The notes under the pieces: generated by a model | What the model was told of the DNA's origin: nothing | Databases searched by the model: none | What the model saw: only the letters and a program-made list of their open reading frames with translations | Shown here: piece by piece, positions 9,201 through 16,986 of the stretch | Numbering within the stretch: position 1 is the first letter of the stretch | How the letters are laid out: each line of letters opens with the position of its first letter | DNA from: Planctomycetia bacterium | GTDB taxonomy: Bacteria; Planctomycetota; UBA1135; UBA2386 | Direction of reading: 5' to 3' | NCBI GenBank assembly: GCA_005776475.1 | Contig: SXPB01000020.1 | Span: 1 to 63,611 of the forward strand | Length of the DNA stretch: 63,611 bases | Program-made: the position numbers and the translations under genes

Positions 9201-9671
9201 ACGCTGCCGACGACCGCGGTGCGCGGACGGTTGCTCGGTCCTCGAGGCGATGCGGCCACGGTGTTGGTCGTGCCCAAGCACGCCGATTGGGTGCCGGTGC
9301 CTGCGACCATCGCCAACGACGGCACCTTCGAACTCGGAGGCGTCGACCCCGAGCAGGTCTCGCTGTTCGCCGTCGACCCGAGCCGCGAACCCGCGCTCAG
9401 CGGTGTTGCGGCTGGCACGAGCAGCCAGCTGTTCCTGCAGCCGGCGGGTTGGCTGGAACGGTCGCCGTCTTGCGATCCATCGCATCCGGTTCTGTTGAAA
9501 GCATGCGATGGCCTTTGCTTCGACGTCGAGTTGCCGCGCGACGAGCGCACCGGTCGTGTCCTGCTGCCAGCGGGCGTGCTCGACCTCGTCGTCGGCACGA
9601 CCTTGCGCCAACACGTCGTGGTCGGCGCCGGTCAAAGCGTGGCGATTGCCGCGGGCCCGGTGGGGCGCTGA
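6285..9671 (+). CDS. ECF sigma factor fused to transmembrane segment(s) and a ~900-aa domain of carboxypeptidase-regulatory-like beta-sandwich repeats
   Basis: Sigma region 2 is DIEDLVHETFLRAMRAA and GWLYGILRRVAWERSR. The region 4 HTH is YRELLRRRLIAGQRAVDIANEMRLPIATVRSKLQRGLRML. Hydrophobic FGLASMLCLAFAPRALA and ALSMTALLLLAAALLVLAGGSVWL follow. Repeats then appear, such as VRGQVFDPEQRPVAGAFVAVLP...DGTFTLMVP and VTGRVDGSLPGG...DGSFRCVGLPAGDYRLSL. Confidence 0.7.
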   Translation: MNPLAISQPLEVVFQRYAATADPAALAEVYERQAPRLTVLAARLVSNRSDIEDLVHETFLRAMRAAASCDPTQPLSGWLYGILRRVAWERSRRAREAQLACDPPDCVGGTEPMFAAEVSAAIDRALLRVPGHYRELLRRRLIAGQRAVDIANEMRLPIATVRSKLQRGLRMLRAALPFGLASMLCLAFAPRALAQGQRRLDRALAAKPALSMTALLLLAAALLVLAGGSVWLQHAGLASSPGASVLPLVAATEDVAPSKEPLLSRDAADSQVILRGFIDVGTAYSFTNAVLVAFAAPVDLLMARPPMMVLDPNEQELACIARQCLQGPECGRAQVAADGSFELVTSLRDVVLDLRDDVSGLLLPMVAHVPAGQRELQLPVLFGYVGCRLQGFLPAGVSPTEVTLHCMPEMHDPFADATIVQLARDQPLRADVEGRSFVFSAVLFSGVATVVATDVHGNRWYQFIDGDAPVRQVAPLQQARERLEVCAADPELAGTMDLIHEHGLQVGAVMVDGRAVVTDLLPGKYQGALCTHDGRTITFEADLERCSHVSLPATQERQCIGIVRTTRNLPVAGAQIVTLDPRARGAVAIATTDDEGAFSVTVGGATQLLIDAGHGRKQLVRPRGDRPLRIEVPDLIAVRGRLLLPPEERGACFGYALIHGSDGEDIGCDRRPVRIAADGGFCIANVAATALRLDLTIAGVASAGAELPRRAVDNDECDLGDLQVQRWVAVRGQVFDPEQRPVAGAFVAVLPPGIPEQRSTRARLGRTAADGTFTLMVPPDNSVDVIAHDRGHAMRWRGSMEASERIVLQPLGAVTGRVDGSLPGGTGVLLLSPEGIVRLAPIARDGSFRCVGLPAGDYRLSLVKADQPCIGTAARQVRVASGETVWVEFAGSVPVARLTLELTSPIVPMADLMVVLQSSDASEPPVLHPACESSEFELSPGEWTVQLVRCDGLPHGLGRRLRLAATAAKLAITLPTTAVRGRLLGPRGDAATVLVVPKHADWVPVPATIANDGTFELGGVDPEQVSLFAVDPSREPALSGVAAGTSSQLFLQPAGWLERSPSCDPSHPVLLKACDGLCFDVELPRDERTGRVLLPAGVLDLVVGTTLRQHVVVGAGQSVAIAAGPVGR

Positions 9672-9731
9672 AGCAACCCGGATCCGACACCTGGTGGGGC
9701 CGAGGGCGTGACTCGTGATGGGGGCCGTGGC

Positions 9732-10190
9732 CTATTTGGCTTCGTAGTTCCTGCCGGCGGCGAACTCGATCCGGTGGATTCCCTCCTTCTTCGCCAGGTT
9801 GATGACGTTCACGATCTCGTGCCACGGTACCAACTCGGCGCCATCGACGATGCACGGTTCATCGGCCATGCCGACACGCTCGTGTTCGGCATGGGCAGCA
9901 CGCAGGATGCTGCGCAGGTGGCCATCGTCACGGATGTGCACATAGCCGAACCGCCGCACCGTCTTCTGCGCGTCCGCGTCCCAGTGCAGGGCGACCCGGA
10001 CTTCTTCGAGCGGTGTCGCCTCCGGCCCGTTCCCTCCCCTGTGCTTCGGCAACCACGCGCAGAACTTGCCCTCCATGTCGTTCCACTTCATCGAGCACAT
10101 GAAGAACACGCAGAGGCAGAAGATGACGTCGACCATCGGCACGACGTTGATCGCCACCGGGTTCCCATTGGGGTCTTGGCTGCTGGCCAT
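9732..10190 (-). CDS. exbD: ExbD/TolR-family biopolymer transport protein (orphan)
   Basis: 152 aa. INVVPMVDVIFCLCVFFM is the single N-terminal TM typical of ExbD, followed by a periplasmic domain with ...VNVINLAKKEGIHRIEF. The start codon cat at 10188-10190 was verified. Confidence 0.65.
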   Translation of the reverse strand: MASSQDPNGNPVAINVVPMVDVIFCLCVFFMCSMKWNDMEGKFCAWLPKHRGGNGPEATPLEEVRVALHWDADAQKTVRRFGYVHIRDDGHLRSILRAAHAEHERVGMADEPCIVDGAELVPWHEIVNVINLAKKEGIHRIEFAAGRNYEAK

Positions 10191-10350
10191 GGTGGGGCCA
10201 ACGGTGTGGCTGCGGCGCCGGTTCAGTCGAGGCCGTGGGGCCGCGTTTGCGCTGCCGTGACCTTGCCGTAGCGGGCTGCTAGTACGGGCGGGGGACCGGA
10301 AAGACCTGGCCCCTGGACAACCCCGACGGACCAGCGACGATCCTCACCCC

Positions 10351-11979
10351 ATGCGAAGAACCCCTTGGATTCTGCTCTTGGCTTTGGCGTCGGCTGGCAA
10401 CGCGCAAATCCTGCCGCACGGCTTCGTGGTCGAGACGTTGGCGCCGAACCAGGTCGGGCCGACGAGCCTGGACTTCCTGCCCGACGGGCGCGTGATCTTC
10501 GTCGAGCAGAACACGGGCGCCGTGAAGGTGCTCTGTCCTACGGGTGGCAATGCGGTGGGCACGCTCGGCCAGGTGCCTGGGCTCGTCGTGTCGTACAGCC
10601 GGGGGTTGCTCGGTGTCGCGGTCGACCCGCAGTGGCCGTCCCGCCCGTTCCTCTATTGCTACCACACGAATGCCGCGGCGGCGGACCTACGCATCAGCCG
10701 GTTCACGGTCACCGGGGACCTCGGGACTCCCACCAGCACGAACCTGCAGCTCGGTCCGGCCTACACCGTGTTGGCTGGCTTGCCCGACGTGACGCCGTTG
10801 CACGAGTCCGGCTGCCTCCGGTTCTCGCCCGATGGCACGCTGCTGTGCAGCGTCGGCGATGACACCAACGCATGTGCCGCGCAGAACGTGACCGTGGGGA
10901 ACGGCAAGCTGCTGCGCCTCAAGGTCGACCTGCTGCCGTTCAACGGCAGTGGTCCGCCCACGCTCGCGCTGATCACGCCGCCTGGCAACCCGTTTCCCGG
11001 ATCCGCCGGCCTGGCGCCCCTGGTCTACGCGACCGGCATGCGCAATCCGTTCCGCTTCCACGTCGACTCTGCGAACGGCGCCATCTTCGTCAGCGACGTC
11101 GGCGAGCTGCAGAAGGACGAGATCAACCGCATCGACGCGCCGGGCTACAACCTCGGCTGGCCGTGGCTCGAGGGCGACGTTCCGTACACCACGTGCAGCG
11201 GTTCCGCGCCGAGCAACACGCTCGTGCCGATTGCGATGCAACCCGTCGGTCCGCAGTTCACGGCGCTGATTTCGCTCGGTGTCTATCGCACGCCGAACAA
11301 CCCGACGTGGCCGTTCGGCGCCAGCTACGAAGGCGACTACTTCTACACCGAGCACTTCTCCGGGCGCATCTGGCGCCTGCGTGACCAGGGCGGGTGGTGG
11401 GACATCGCACCGCCGGTGCCGGGCCAATTCTCGAGCACGCTCTGGGGCTCGGGCGTGTTCTGGATCGTCGATGCGAAGTTCGGGCGCGACGGCGCCCTCT
11501 ACTTGTGCGAACGGGTCTCCAGCACCAGCGGCAGCGTGCGCCGCATCCGCCCGACGGGCGCGACCGCGGTTGCCTTCGGTCAGGGCTGCGGCGGCAGCTT
11601 CGGCACTGCGACGATGGCTCCTGCTGCCGGCTCCCTGCCAACGCTCGGGAGCACGTTCCAGACGGTGGTGTCCAACCTGCCGTTGCCGCCCGCCGGACTG
11701 AGCGTGGGCGTGATGGGATTCTCGAAGACCACCTGGGGCGGAATCCCGCTGCCGCTCGACCTGGGCGTGCTCGGCATGCCGGGCTGCACGGCCTGGGCCG
11801 CGCCCGAAGGCCTGGCCGTCCTGCCGCGCGTCGGCACGACCGCGACGTTCACGTTGCCGCTGCCGAATGGAACCGGCCTCATCGGCCAGGACTTCTACCT
11901 GCAGACCCTCGTGCTCGACATCGGTTGGAACCCGTTCGGCGGCGTCGTCACCAACGCCGTCGAGTGCGTGATCCGGTAG
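10351..11979 (+). CDS. Secreted glucose/sorbosone dehydrogenase-like (PQQ-type GSDH) beta-propeller protein with the shared C-terminal module
   Basis: The signal peptide is MRRTPWILLLALASAGNAQ. Family motifs are FLPDGRVIFVEQNTGAVKVL, GLLGVAVDPQW, HESGCLRFSPDGTLL, GKLLRL, YATGMRNPFRFHVD and GYNLGWPWLEG. The module is at 11566-11976. Confidence 0.7.
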   Translation: MRRTPWILLLALASAGNAQILPHGFVVETLAPNQVGPTSLDFLPDGRVIFVEQNTGAVKVLCPTGGNAVGTLGQVPGLVVSYSRGLLGVAVDPQWPSRPFLYCYHTNAAAADLRISRFTVTGDLGTPTSTNLQLGPAYTVLAGLPDVTPLHESGCLRFSPDGTLLCSVGDDTNACAAQNVTVGNGKLLRLKVDLLPFNGSGPPTLALITPPGNPFPGSAGLAPLVYATGMRNPFRFHVDSANGAIFVSDVGELQKDEINRIDAPGYNLGWPWLEGDVPYTTCSGSAPSNTLVPIAMQPVGPQFTALISLGVYRTPNNPTWPFGASYEGDYFYTEHFSGRIWRLRDQGGWWDIAPPVPGQFSSTLWGSGVFWIVDAKFGRDGALYLCERVSSTSGSVRRIRPTGATAVAFGQGCGGSFGTATMAPAAGSLPTLGSTFQTVVSNLPLPPAGLSVGVMGFSKTTWGGIPLPLDLGVLGMPGCTAWAAPEGLAVLPRVGTTATFTLPLPNGTGLIGQDFYLQTLVLDIGWNPFGGVVTNAVECVIR

Positions 11980-11987
11980 CGGGATCG

Positions 11988-12125
11988 TCACTCGGCGAGC
12001 AGGTAGCCCTTGCCGTGCACGGTGCGCAGCCAGCGCGGCGCACTCGGATCGGCTTCGATCGTCTGCCGCAGCGGATGCTGCGAGATGACGACGAGAGTAC
12101 GCGCCGACTGGCGCCGGACGGACTC
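11988..12125 (-). pseudogene. Relic of the C-terminal winged-helix end of an OmpR/KdpE-type response regulator
   Basis: I translated the minus strand by hand. It reads ...ESVRRQSARTLVVISQHPLRQTIEADPSAPRWLRTVHGKGYLLAE, with the stop at 11988-11990. This matches the recognition-helix/wing end of OmpR-family regulators (compare ...HLRQKLEQDPARPR...T..G.GYRF). No start codon occurs in the 76 open codons. No receiver domain is present. The frame is closed upstream by the methyltransferase stop at 12219-12221. Confidence 0.5.
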
Positions 12126-12218
12126 GACCAGATCGCCAACTACCTCGACGCACGCAGCAAGTCGAAGAGCGGCTGCAGTGATCCTGCCGCGCAGCTGCGA
12201 TTGTTCAGGCGAACTGGG

Positions 12219-13094
12219 TCAGACGGCGGCCGGGACCGCCGCCAGTTCGTAGACGCGCAGGAAGTTCGAGGGGTCGCCGCGGAAGCCGGCGACCGCATCG
12301 GCCCAGCCGGACACTGCGGTGCGCTGGAACCACGGCGCCAACTGGCGATCCCACCACGACAATGGCCGCAACGTGATGTGGCCGACGTAGTGGAACTCGA
12401 CCAGTGCGATGTGCGCGACGATCCGGCGCACACCCAGGCGCAGGAACTCCTCGACCATCGGCCGGATCGAGCGTTCCGGAATGTGCTCGAACACGTCGAG
12501 CGCGAGCAGCGTCGAGAAGCCGTCGGCGGGACCGAACGGAATCTGGTCGACGCTGCCACGGCGCAGGAACGGCCGCGTCTCCGGGTAGGCGATGCGATCG
12601 AGGTCCGCGCACAGGTCGAAGCCCCAGGAGTCGATGCCGCGCTCGCGCAGCTGCCGCACGACCTCGCCGGCCGAACAACCGGCGTCGAGCACTTTGCCCG
12701 GGTTGCCGTACTTCACCAGCTGGTCGATCACGTGGCGCTTGAATGCCGTCTCGGTCGGCGAGCCGACCGCGTAGTTCTGCGAGTTGTGGTAGTCGCCGGA
12801 ATACAACGCAGCGAGTGAGGCGTCGTCGATGTCGGCGAAGCTGCCGCGATGGAACGGCGCCAGCAGTTCGCGCAGCTTGCCGAGGATCGCGGTGGCCGAA
12901 GGATGCGACGGATCACCTTCCAGCACGTCGATGCGCGGAGTGGCGTCACGCCAATCGCAGTGGACACTTCCGGCCAGACCCGTCGCGCTGTCGGCGAACT
13001 CGAACACGCACGCGTCGCCGCTCCAGATGCCGCCGGCGACCCGCATGATGCCGCTCCGACTGCCAGCCGTCGTCTCGTACGCAACCTGGAACAT
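12219..13094 (-). CDS. Class I SAM-dependent methyltransferase with a ~90-aa N-terminal extension
   Basis: This is the C-terminal part of ORF 12219-13739. The first ATG downstream of the upstream gene stop is at 13094 (MFQVAYETTAG). Motif I is GKVLDAGCSAGEVVRQLRERGIDSWGFD, and LLALDVFEHIPE is the post-II/III region. Motif I begins near aa 135. Confidence 0.65.
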   Translation of the reverse strand: MFQVAYETTAGSRSGIMRVAGGIWSGDACVFEFADSATGLAGSVHCDWRDATPRIDVLEGDPSHPSATAILGKLRELLAPFHRGSFADIDDASLAALYSGDYHNSQNYAVGSPTETAFKRHVIDQLVKYGNPGKVLDAGCSAGEVVRQLRERGIDSWGFDLCADLDRIAYPETRPFLRRGSVDQIPFGPADGFSTLLALDVFEHIPERSIRPMVEEFLRLGVRRIVAHIALVEFHYVGHITLRPLSWWDRQLAPWFQRTAVSGWADAVAGFRGDPSNFLRVYELAAVPAAV

Positions 13095-13174
13095 GCCGAT
13101 GGCATCGACTCCGCAGCGGCTGCGGCTGTAGATCCAAGCCGCCTCGCGGTCGGGATCGGGGGCGTGGTGCCGGT

Positions 13175-13666
13175 CTACTTCGCCTTCGTGGTGCCGCCAG
13201 CCGTTGCCTTGTCCTTGGTGCCCACCGGCCCCGTTCCGGCCACCGGCGTGCTCGCCAGGCGTGCCGCGGTGAGCACCCCGAAGATCAGGAGACCGCCACC
13301 GATCGGCACCAGGACGATCGCAAAGCCTGGATCCGCGCCGAGGATCTGGATGCCGCCGCCGAGAAACCCGAGCGGCATCGCGATCGCCGCCCAACGCAGA
13401 CTCGTCGCGGCCTTGGCAACCGCGCGTTCGTTCTCCGGGCTCCTGGCGATGGTCGCCACCAACGCCAGATTCACCAGGGCCAGCAGGGTGCCGTGCGTGT
13501 GCGCGAGGGTGAACATCAGGCGACGCGTGTCGTTCACGACATCGAGGTACCACCCGACCTTGAAGCCGTGCATGGCCTCGAGCACCATTCCGAGCGAGAG
13601 CCACACGAGGAGCGACCACCAGCCGAAGCTGCGGGCGCGTTGCAATGGGTCCATGGGGGTGTTCAT
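13175..13666 (-). CDS. Four-TM membrane protein with conserved-looking His residues (unknown family)
   Basis: 163 aa. I checked the translation codon by codon. Helices include WWSLLVWLSLGMVL, GTLLALVNLALVATI, WAAIAMPLGFLGGGI and AIVLVPIGGGLLIFGVL. His residues sit in EAMHGF and LAHTHG. Its start overlaps the upstream cytochrome stop by 4 nt. Confidence 0.6.
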   Translation of the reverse strand: MNTPMDPLQRARSFGWWSLLVWLSLGMVLEAMHGFKVGWYLDVVNDTRRLMFTLAHTHGTLLALVNLALVATIARSPENERAVAKAATSLRWAAIAMPLGFLGGGIQILGADPGFAIVLVPIGGGLLIFGVLTAARLASTPVAGTGPVGTKDKATAGGTTKAK

Positions 13667-15585
13667 TCTTCGAGGCGAACCACGCGCAGGTCGCGACGCC
13701 GGAGCAGCCGCGCGAACTCATCGGAATCGAGCGAACCATCGGGGCGCAGCAACACGGCCGGCCGCGCGACGTCGGCGGGCGTGCGCGGCGCTCGTCGCCA
13801 CGCCGCGACCACGGACTCCTTCAGCACCTTGCGCGTCGCGGCATCCATGCCCGGTTCGTAACGCAAGTCGGCGTGTGCCGGCAATGTTCGCAGCGAGCGT
13901 TCGGCGATGATGCGGACGACGCCGTAGGGATCGTCGAGCAACTCCGCCAGCAACGGCACCGACCAGTCGCTTCCCGAGGCCTGGCGCGCCGGCTCCCAGC
14001 CGAGGCTCCACGCCGCCAGTGCTCGTTGCGCGGCATCGCCCTTCAGCGACCAGAGCACGCCGGCGGCGATCGAGGCTTCATCGCCCGTGATCGTGGGCTT
14101 CGGCGTTCCGTACCAGCCGGCGAGGTGGTCCGCCGTCCACGCCAGCGTCTTGTCGAGGTGGCATTGGTTGCAGGCATTGGGCCGGCCGGTGGCCAGCGTC
14201 GACTGCACGCTTGGGCTGGCGATGCGGTGCGTGCGCACGCCCTTCATCAAGCCGTAGGTCGTGTGCGGCATGTGGCAGTTCATGCAGCGACTGCCTTCGG
14301 AGTCGACGGCGTGGTGCGTGTGTGCGGCGATGTCCTTGGCGAAGGTGGGATGGCATTGCAGGCACGAGCGGTCGCCGACGTCCGCGGCCAGCTGATCGTC
14401 GGCCCACGCCGCTCGCGGCCGGCCATCGTGCGGATGCAGCGTGTGGCAGGACAGGCACGTCATGTGCCCCTTCTCGTAGCAGTCCGACCCCGAGACCGCG
14501 TTGAACTCGCGCCCCGCGACGCGAATCAGGCCATCGGACCAGAACTGTCCCTCGCCATCCTTCTTCAGCAAGCGGTCCTTCAGCAGATCGCCGCCAGGTG
14601 CGTAGGGAAACCCGTGCTTGAACCACGACTCGCGGCGCGCCGTCGTCAACTGGTAGTCGAACTGGCCGTGGCACTGCCCGCACACCATCGTCGACCGGTC
14701 GTGCGGCAAGTTTCTAGGATCGACGATCGTCGCATCGCCGTCGCCGTCGAGTCGCTGCGCGTATCGGGTCAACGGATTGCGCTGCAGTTGCACGTGGGCG
14801 GCGCCGGGGCCATGGCACGCTTCGCACGCGATGCCGAAGTCGCCGACCTTGGTGTCGCCGTCGTGCAAGCCCGTGTTGTCCATGTCGAGCCGCGGGCGTG
14901 CATTCGTCGCATGGCACTTGATGCAGATCAGGTTCCAGTTGCCGATGCCATCCTGCGGCGGGTCGGTCTCCGGCTGCACGAACGAATCGTTGCGCGAGAT
15001 CCAACGCCGTTCCGCCACCTGCCATGAGAACGGCAGCATGCCCGTCAACCGCGTCGGCACGTTGCCCGGCAAGCGGACCTCGTACCAATAGACCTGCATG
15101 TGGTGTGAGCCCGTCGACATGACGACGGGGCGCTTCACGCGGCCTGGCGTGTTGCCAGGCATCACGACGGGATCTTCCATCTCGACGAAGAACGTGTCGC
15201 CGTCGCGCGACAGGTTCCACGTCTTGTCGTGCGATCGCAGCGTGACGCCATCCCAATCGGCCAGCACGCTCGCCGGCTCGACCACCTGCGTCATCGTGCG
15301 GTGGTAGGACTGATGCCACGTGTCGTGTTCGTGCAAGTGGCAGGCGCGGCACGCCGAGGAACCGATGTAGCCGCCGTCGGCCGCCAGCTGTGGCCGGTTG
15401 TTCACCTCTGCCTCGCCGGCGCGCGCCGGCCGCATCACCGTGGCGCTTGCCACCAACGCAGCGCCGAGCAACACCGCAATGGCACTGGCACGGTGTTGCC
15501 AATGGCTGCGCCGCGGCCAACGTGCCGCGAACATGGCGACTGCCAGCAGCAGCGCCACCAACGAGACGGAGAGGACGGGGGGCAT
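13663..15585 (-). CDS. Octaheme c-type cytochrome with a C-terminal HEAT-like repeat region
   Basis: The N-terminal anchor or signal is MPPVLSVSLVALLLAVAMFAA. Eight CxxCH motifs are present: CRACH, CIKCH, CEACH, CGQCH, CLSCH, CLQCH, CMNCH and CNQCH. The tail LLAELLDDPYGVVRIIAERSLRTL is HEAT-like. Confidence 0.75.
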   Translation of the reverse strand: MPPVLSVSLVALLLAVAMFAARWPRRSHWQHRASAIAVLLGAALVASATVMRPARAGEAEVNNRPQLAADGGYIGSSACRACHLHEHDTWHQSYHRTMTQVVEPASVLADWDGVTLRSHDKTWNLSRDGDTFFVEMEDPVVMPGNTPGRVKRPVVMSTGSHHMQVYWYEVRLPGNVPTRLTGMLPFSWQVAERRWISRNDSFVQPETDPPQDGIGNWNLICIKCHATNARPRLDMDNTGLHDGDTKVGDFGIACEACHGPGAAHVQLQRNPLTRYAQRLDGDGDATIVDPRNLPHDRSTMVCGQCHGQFDYQLTTARRESWFKHGFPYAPGGDLLKDRLLKKDGEGQFWSDGLIRVAGREFNAVSGSDCYEKGHMTCLSCHTLHPHDGRPRAAWADDQLAADVGDRSCLQCHPTFAKDIAAHTHHAVDSEGSRCMNCHMPHTTYGLMKGVRTHRIASPSVQSTLATGRPNACNQCHLDKTLAWTADHLAGWYGTPKPTITGDEASIAAGVLWSLKGDAAQRALAAWSLGWEPARQASGSDWSVPLLAELLDDPYGVVRIIAERSLRTLPAHADLRYEPGMDAATRKVLKESVVAAWRRAPRTPADVARPAVLLRPDGSLDSDEFARLLRRRDLRVVRLEE

Positions 15586-15687
15586 GGCCGGACTCCGCGG
15601 CGCATTCTAGTGAGTCGCCGCACGATGCGAAGTCTCGCCGCGCGTCGCCAGGCCGCCATGGGTGCGCGACGCGTTTACCGCGTTGCG

Positions 15688-16971
15688 TCAGGCCAATTTA
15701 CACACGGGCACGACGTACGGACCCTCGGGCACCACGGCGACGCGGCGGTCGCCGCTGCGGGCGACGCTGGCGACGACTGCCGCCGCGACCGACTCGGCGC
15801 TGGTGACGCCGGTCAATGCGCGCGCCGCGACGTCCAGCCCCGTCGTGAAGAGTTGCACCTGGCCTGCGTGCATCGACTTCACCTGCATCTGCGTCTGCCA
15901 TTCGTCGACATCGGCGAAGCGCTTCGGCTCCAGGGATCGCAGGAATGCATCGGGTCCGAGTTCGACCAGCCGCGCTTGCGAAGTGGCGAACGCGCGCGAG
16001 CCGAGGCCCTCGCTGCACGCCGAGGCGATGACCAGCGTGCCGCCGGGTTGCAGGATGCCGAGCGGCGCCACCATGCCCTTCACGGTCTGGTAGTAGGTCG
16101 CGTCGAGCGGATGCCCCGCAGCGCTCGTCACCACCGTCGCGAAACGGTGCGGCAGCTCGACCCGCGCGCAGCGTTCGGTCACGGCGACGGCGGCCAGATG
16201 GCTGGCGACCAATTCGCCGGTGTTGACGAACGACAAGCGGCGGTGCTCGTCGAGCACGGTGTTGACGCAGAACACCGGACCGAGGCGCTGGGCGATCGCC
16301 AGTTGCTCGCGGTGCAGCGGGTTGCCTTCCAGCACCAGGTTGGTCGTGTTCGCATGCGCCATGAAGCGGTGCGAGTGGAACGTCGTGATCGTCTCGCGAT
16401 GCGCGATGCCCGGAGCGATCACCTTGCGGCCGCCGGAGTAGCCGGCCATGAAGTGGGGCTCGACGAGCCCGGTGACGATCTTGACGCCGGCGCGGGTGAA
16501 GCGGCGATCGAGCCGGACCGGAGTGCCGTGCGCGGTCGGACCGAGGTCGTCGTGCGCCGCATCGTCGTTGGCGTCGTGGTTGACCACGGCGATGTGCTGC
16601 AGCACCCACGGATCGCCGACCAGTTCGGCGAGCTCGGCGCCGAGGTTGGGGCGATGCATGCCGGTGGCGATTAGGACGGTGATGCGTTCGTAGGCGATGC
16701 CGGCCGTGTGCAGCGCGTCGACCAGGGGGCGCAGCAGCAGACCGTTCGGGACCGGCCGTGTGATGTCGCAGATCAGGATGCACGCGCTGTCGTGGCCACG
16801 CGCGAACTCGGCCAGCGGCGGCAAGCCGACGGGCGTTGCCAGCGCGGCGCGCACGGCGGCGGCGGGATCGGGCAGCACCGGCATCGGCGGCTTCTGCACG
16901 ATGGTGACCTGCAGCGAATCGGGCAGGTCGACCGGCAAGGTGCCACGGCCGTAGTTGAGGTCGATTCGCAT
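15688..16971 (-). CDS. LarA-like nickel-pincer-nucleotide-dependent 2-hydroxyacid racemase/epimerase (DUF2088 family)
   Basis: 427 aa. ACILICDITRPVP, VLIATGMHRPN, GLVEPHFMAGYSGGRKV and TFHSHRF resemble the LarA blocks that carry the catalytic His residues and the cofactor-binding Lys. This comparison is from my memory of L. plantarum LarA. Confidence 0.65.
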   Translation of the reverse strand: MRIDLNYGRGTLPVDLPDSLQVTIVQKPPMPVLPDPAAAVRAALATPVGLPPLAEFARGHDSACILICDITRPVPNGLLLRPLVDALHTAGIAYERITVLIATGMHRPNLGAELAELVGDPWVLQHIAVVNHDANDDAAHDDLGPTAHGTPVRLDRRFTRAGVKIVTGLVEPHFMAGYSGGRKVIAPGIAHRETITTFHSHRFMAHANTTNLVLEGNPLHREQLAIAQRLGPVFCVNTVLDEHRRLSFVNTGELVASHLAAVAVTERCARVELPHRFATVVTSAAGHPLDATYYQTVKGMVAPLGILQPGGTLVIASACSEGLGSRAFATSQARLVELGPDAFLRSLEPKRFADVDEWQTQMQVKSMHAGQVQLFTTGLDVAARALTGVTSAESVAAAVVASVARSGDRRVAVVPEGPYVVPVCKLA

Positions 16972-16986
16972 GGTCCGGTTGGCTGG

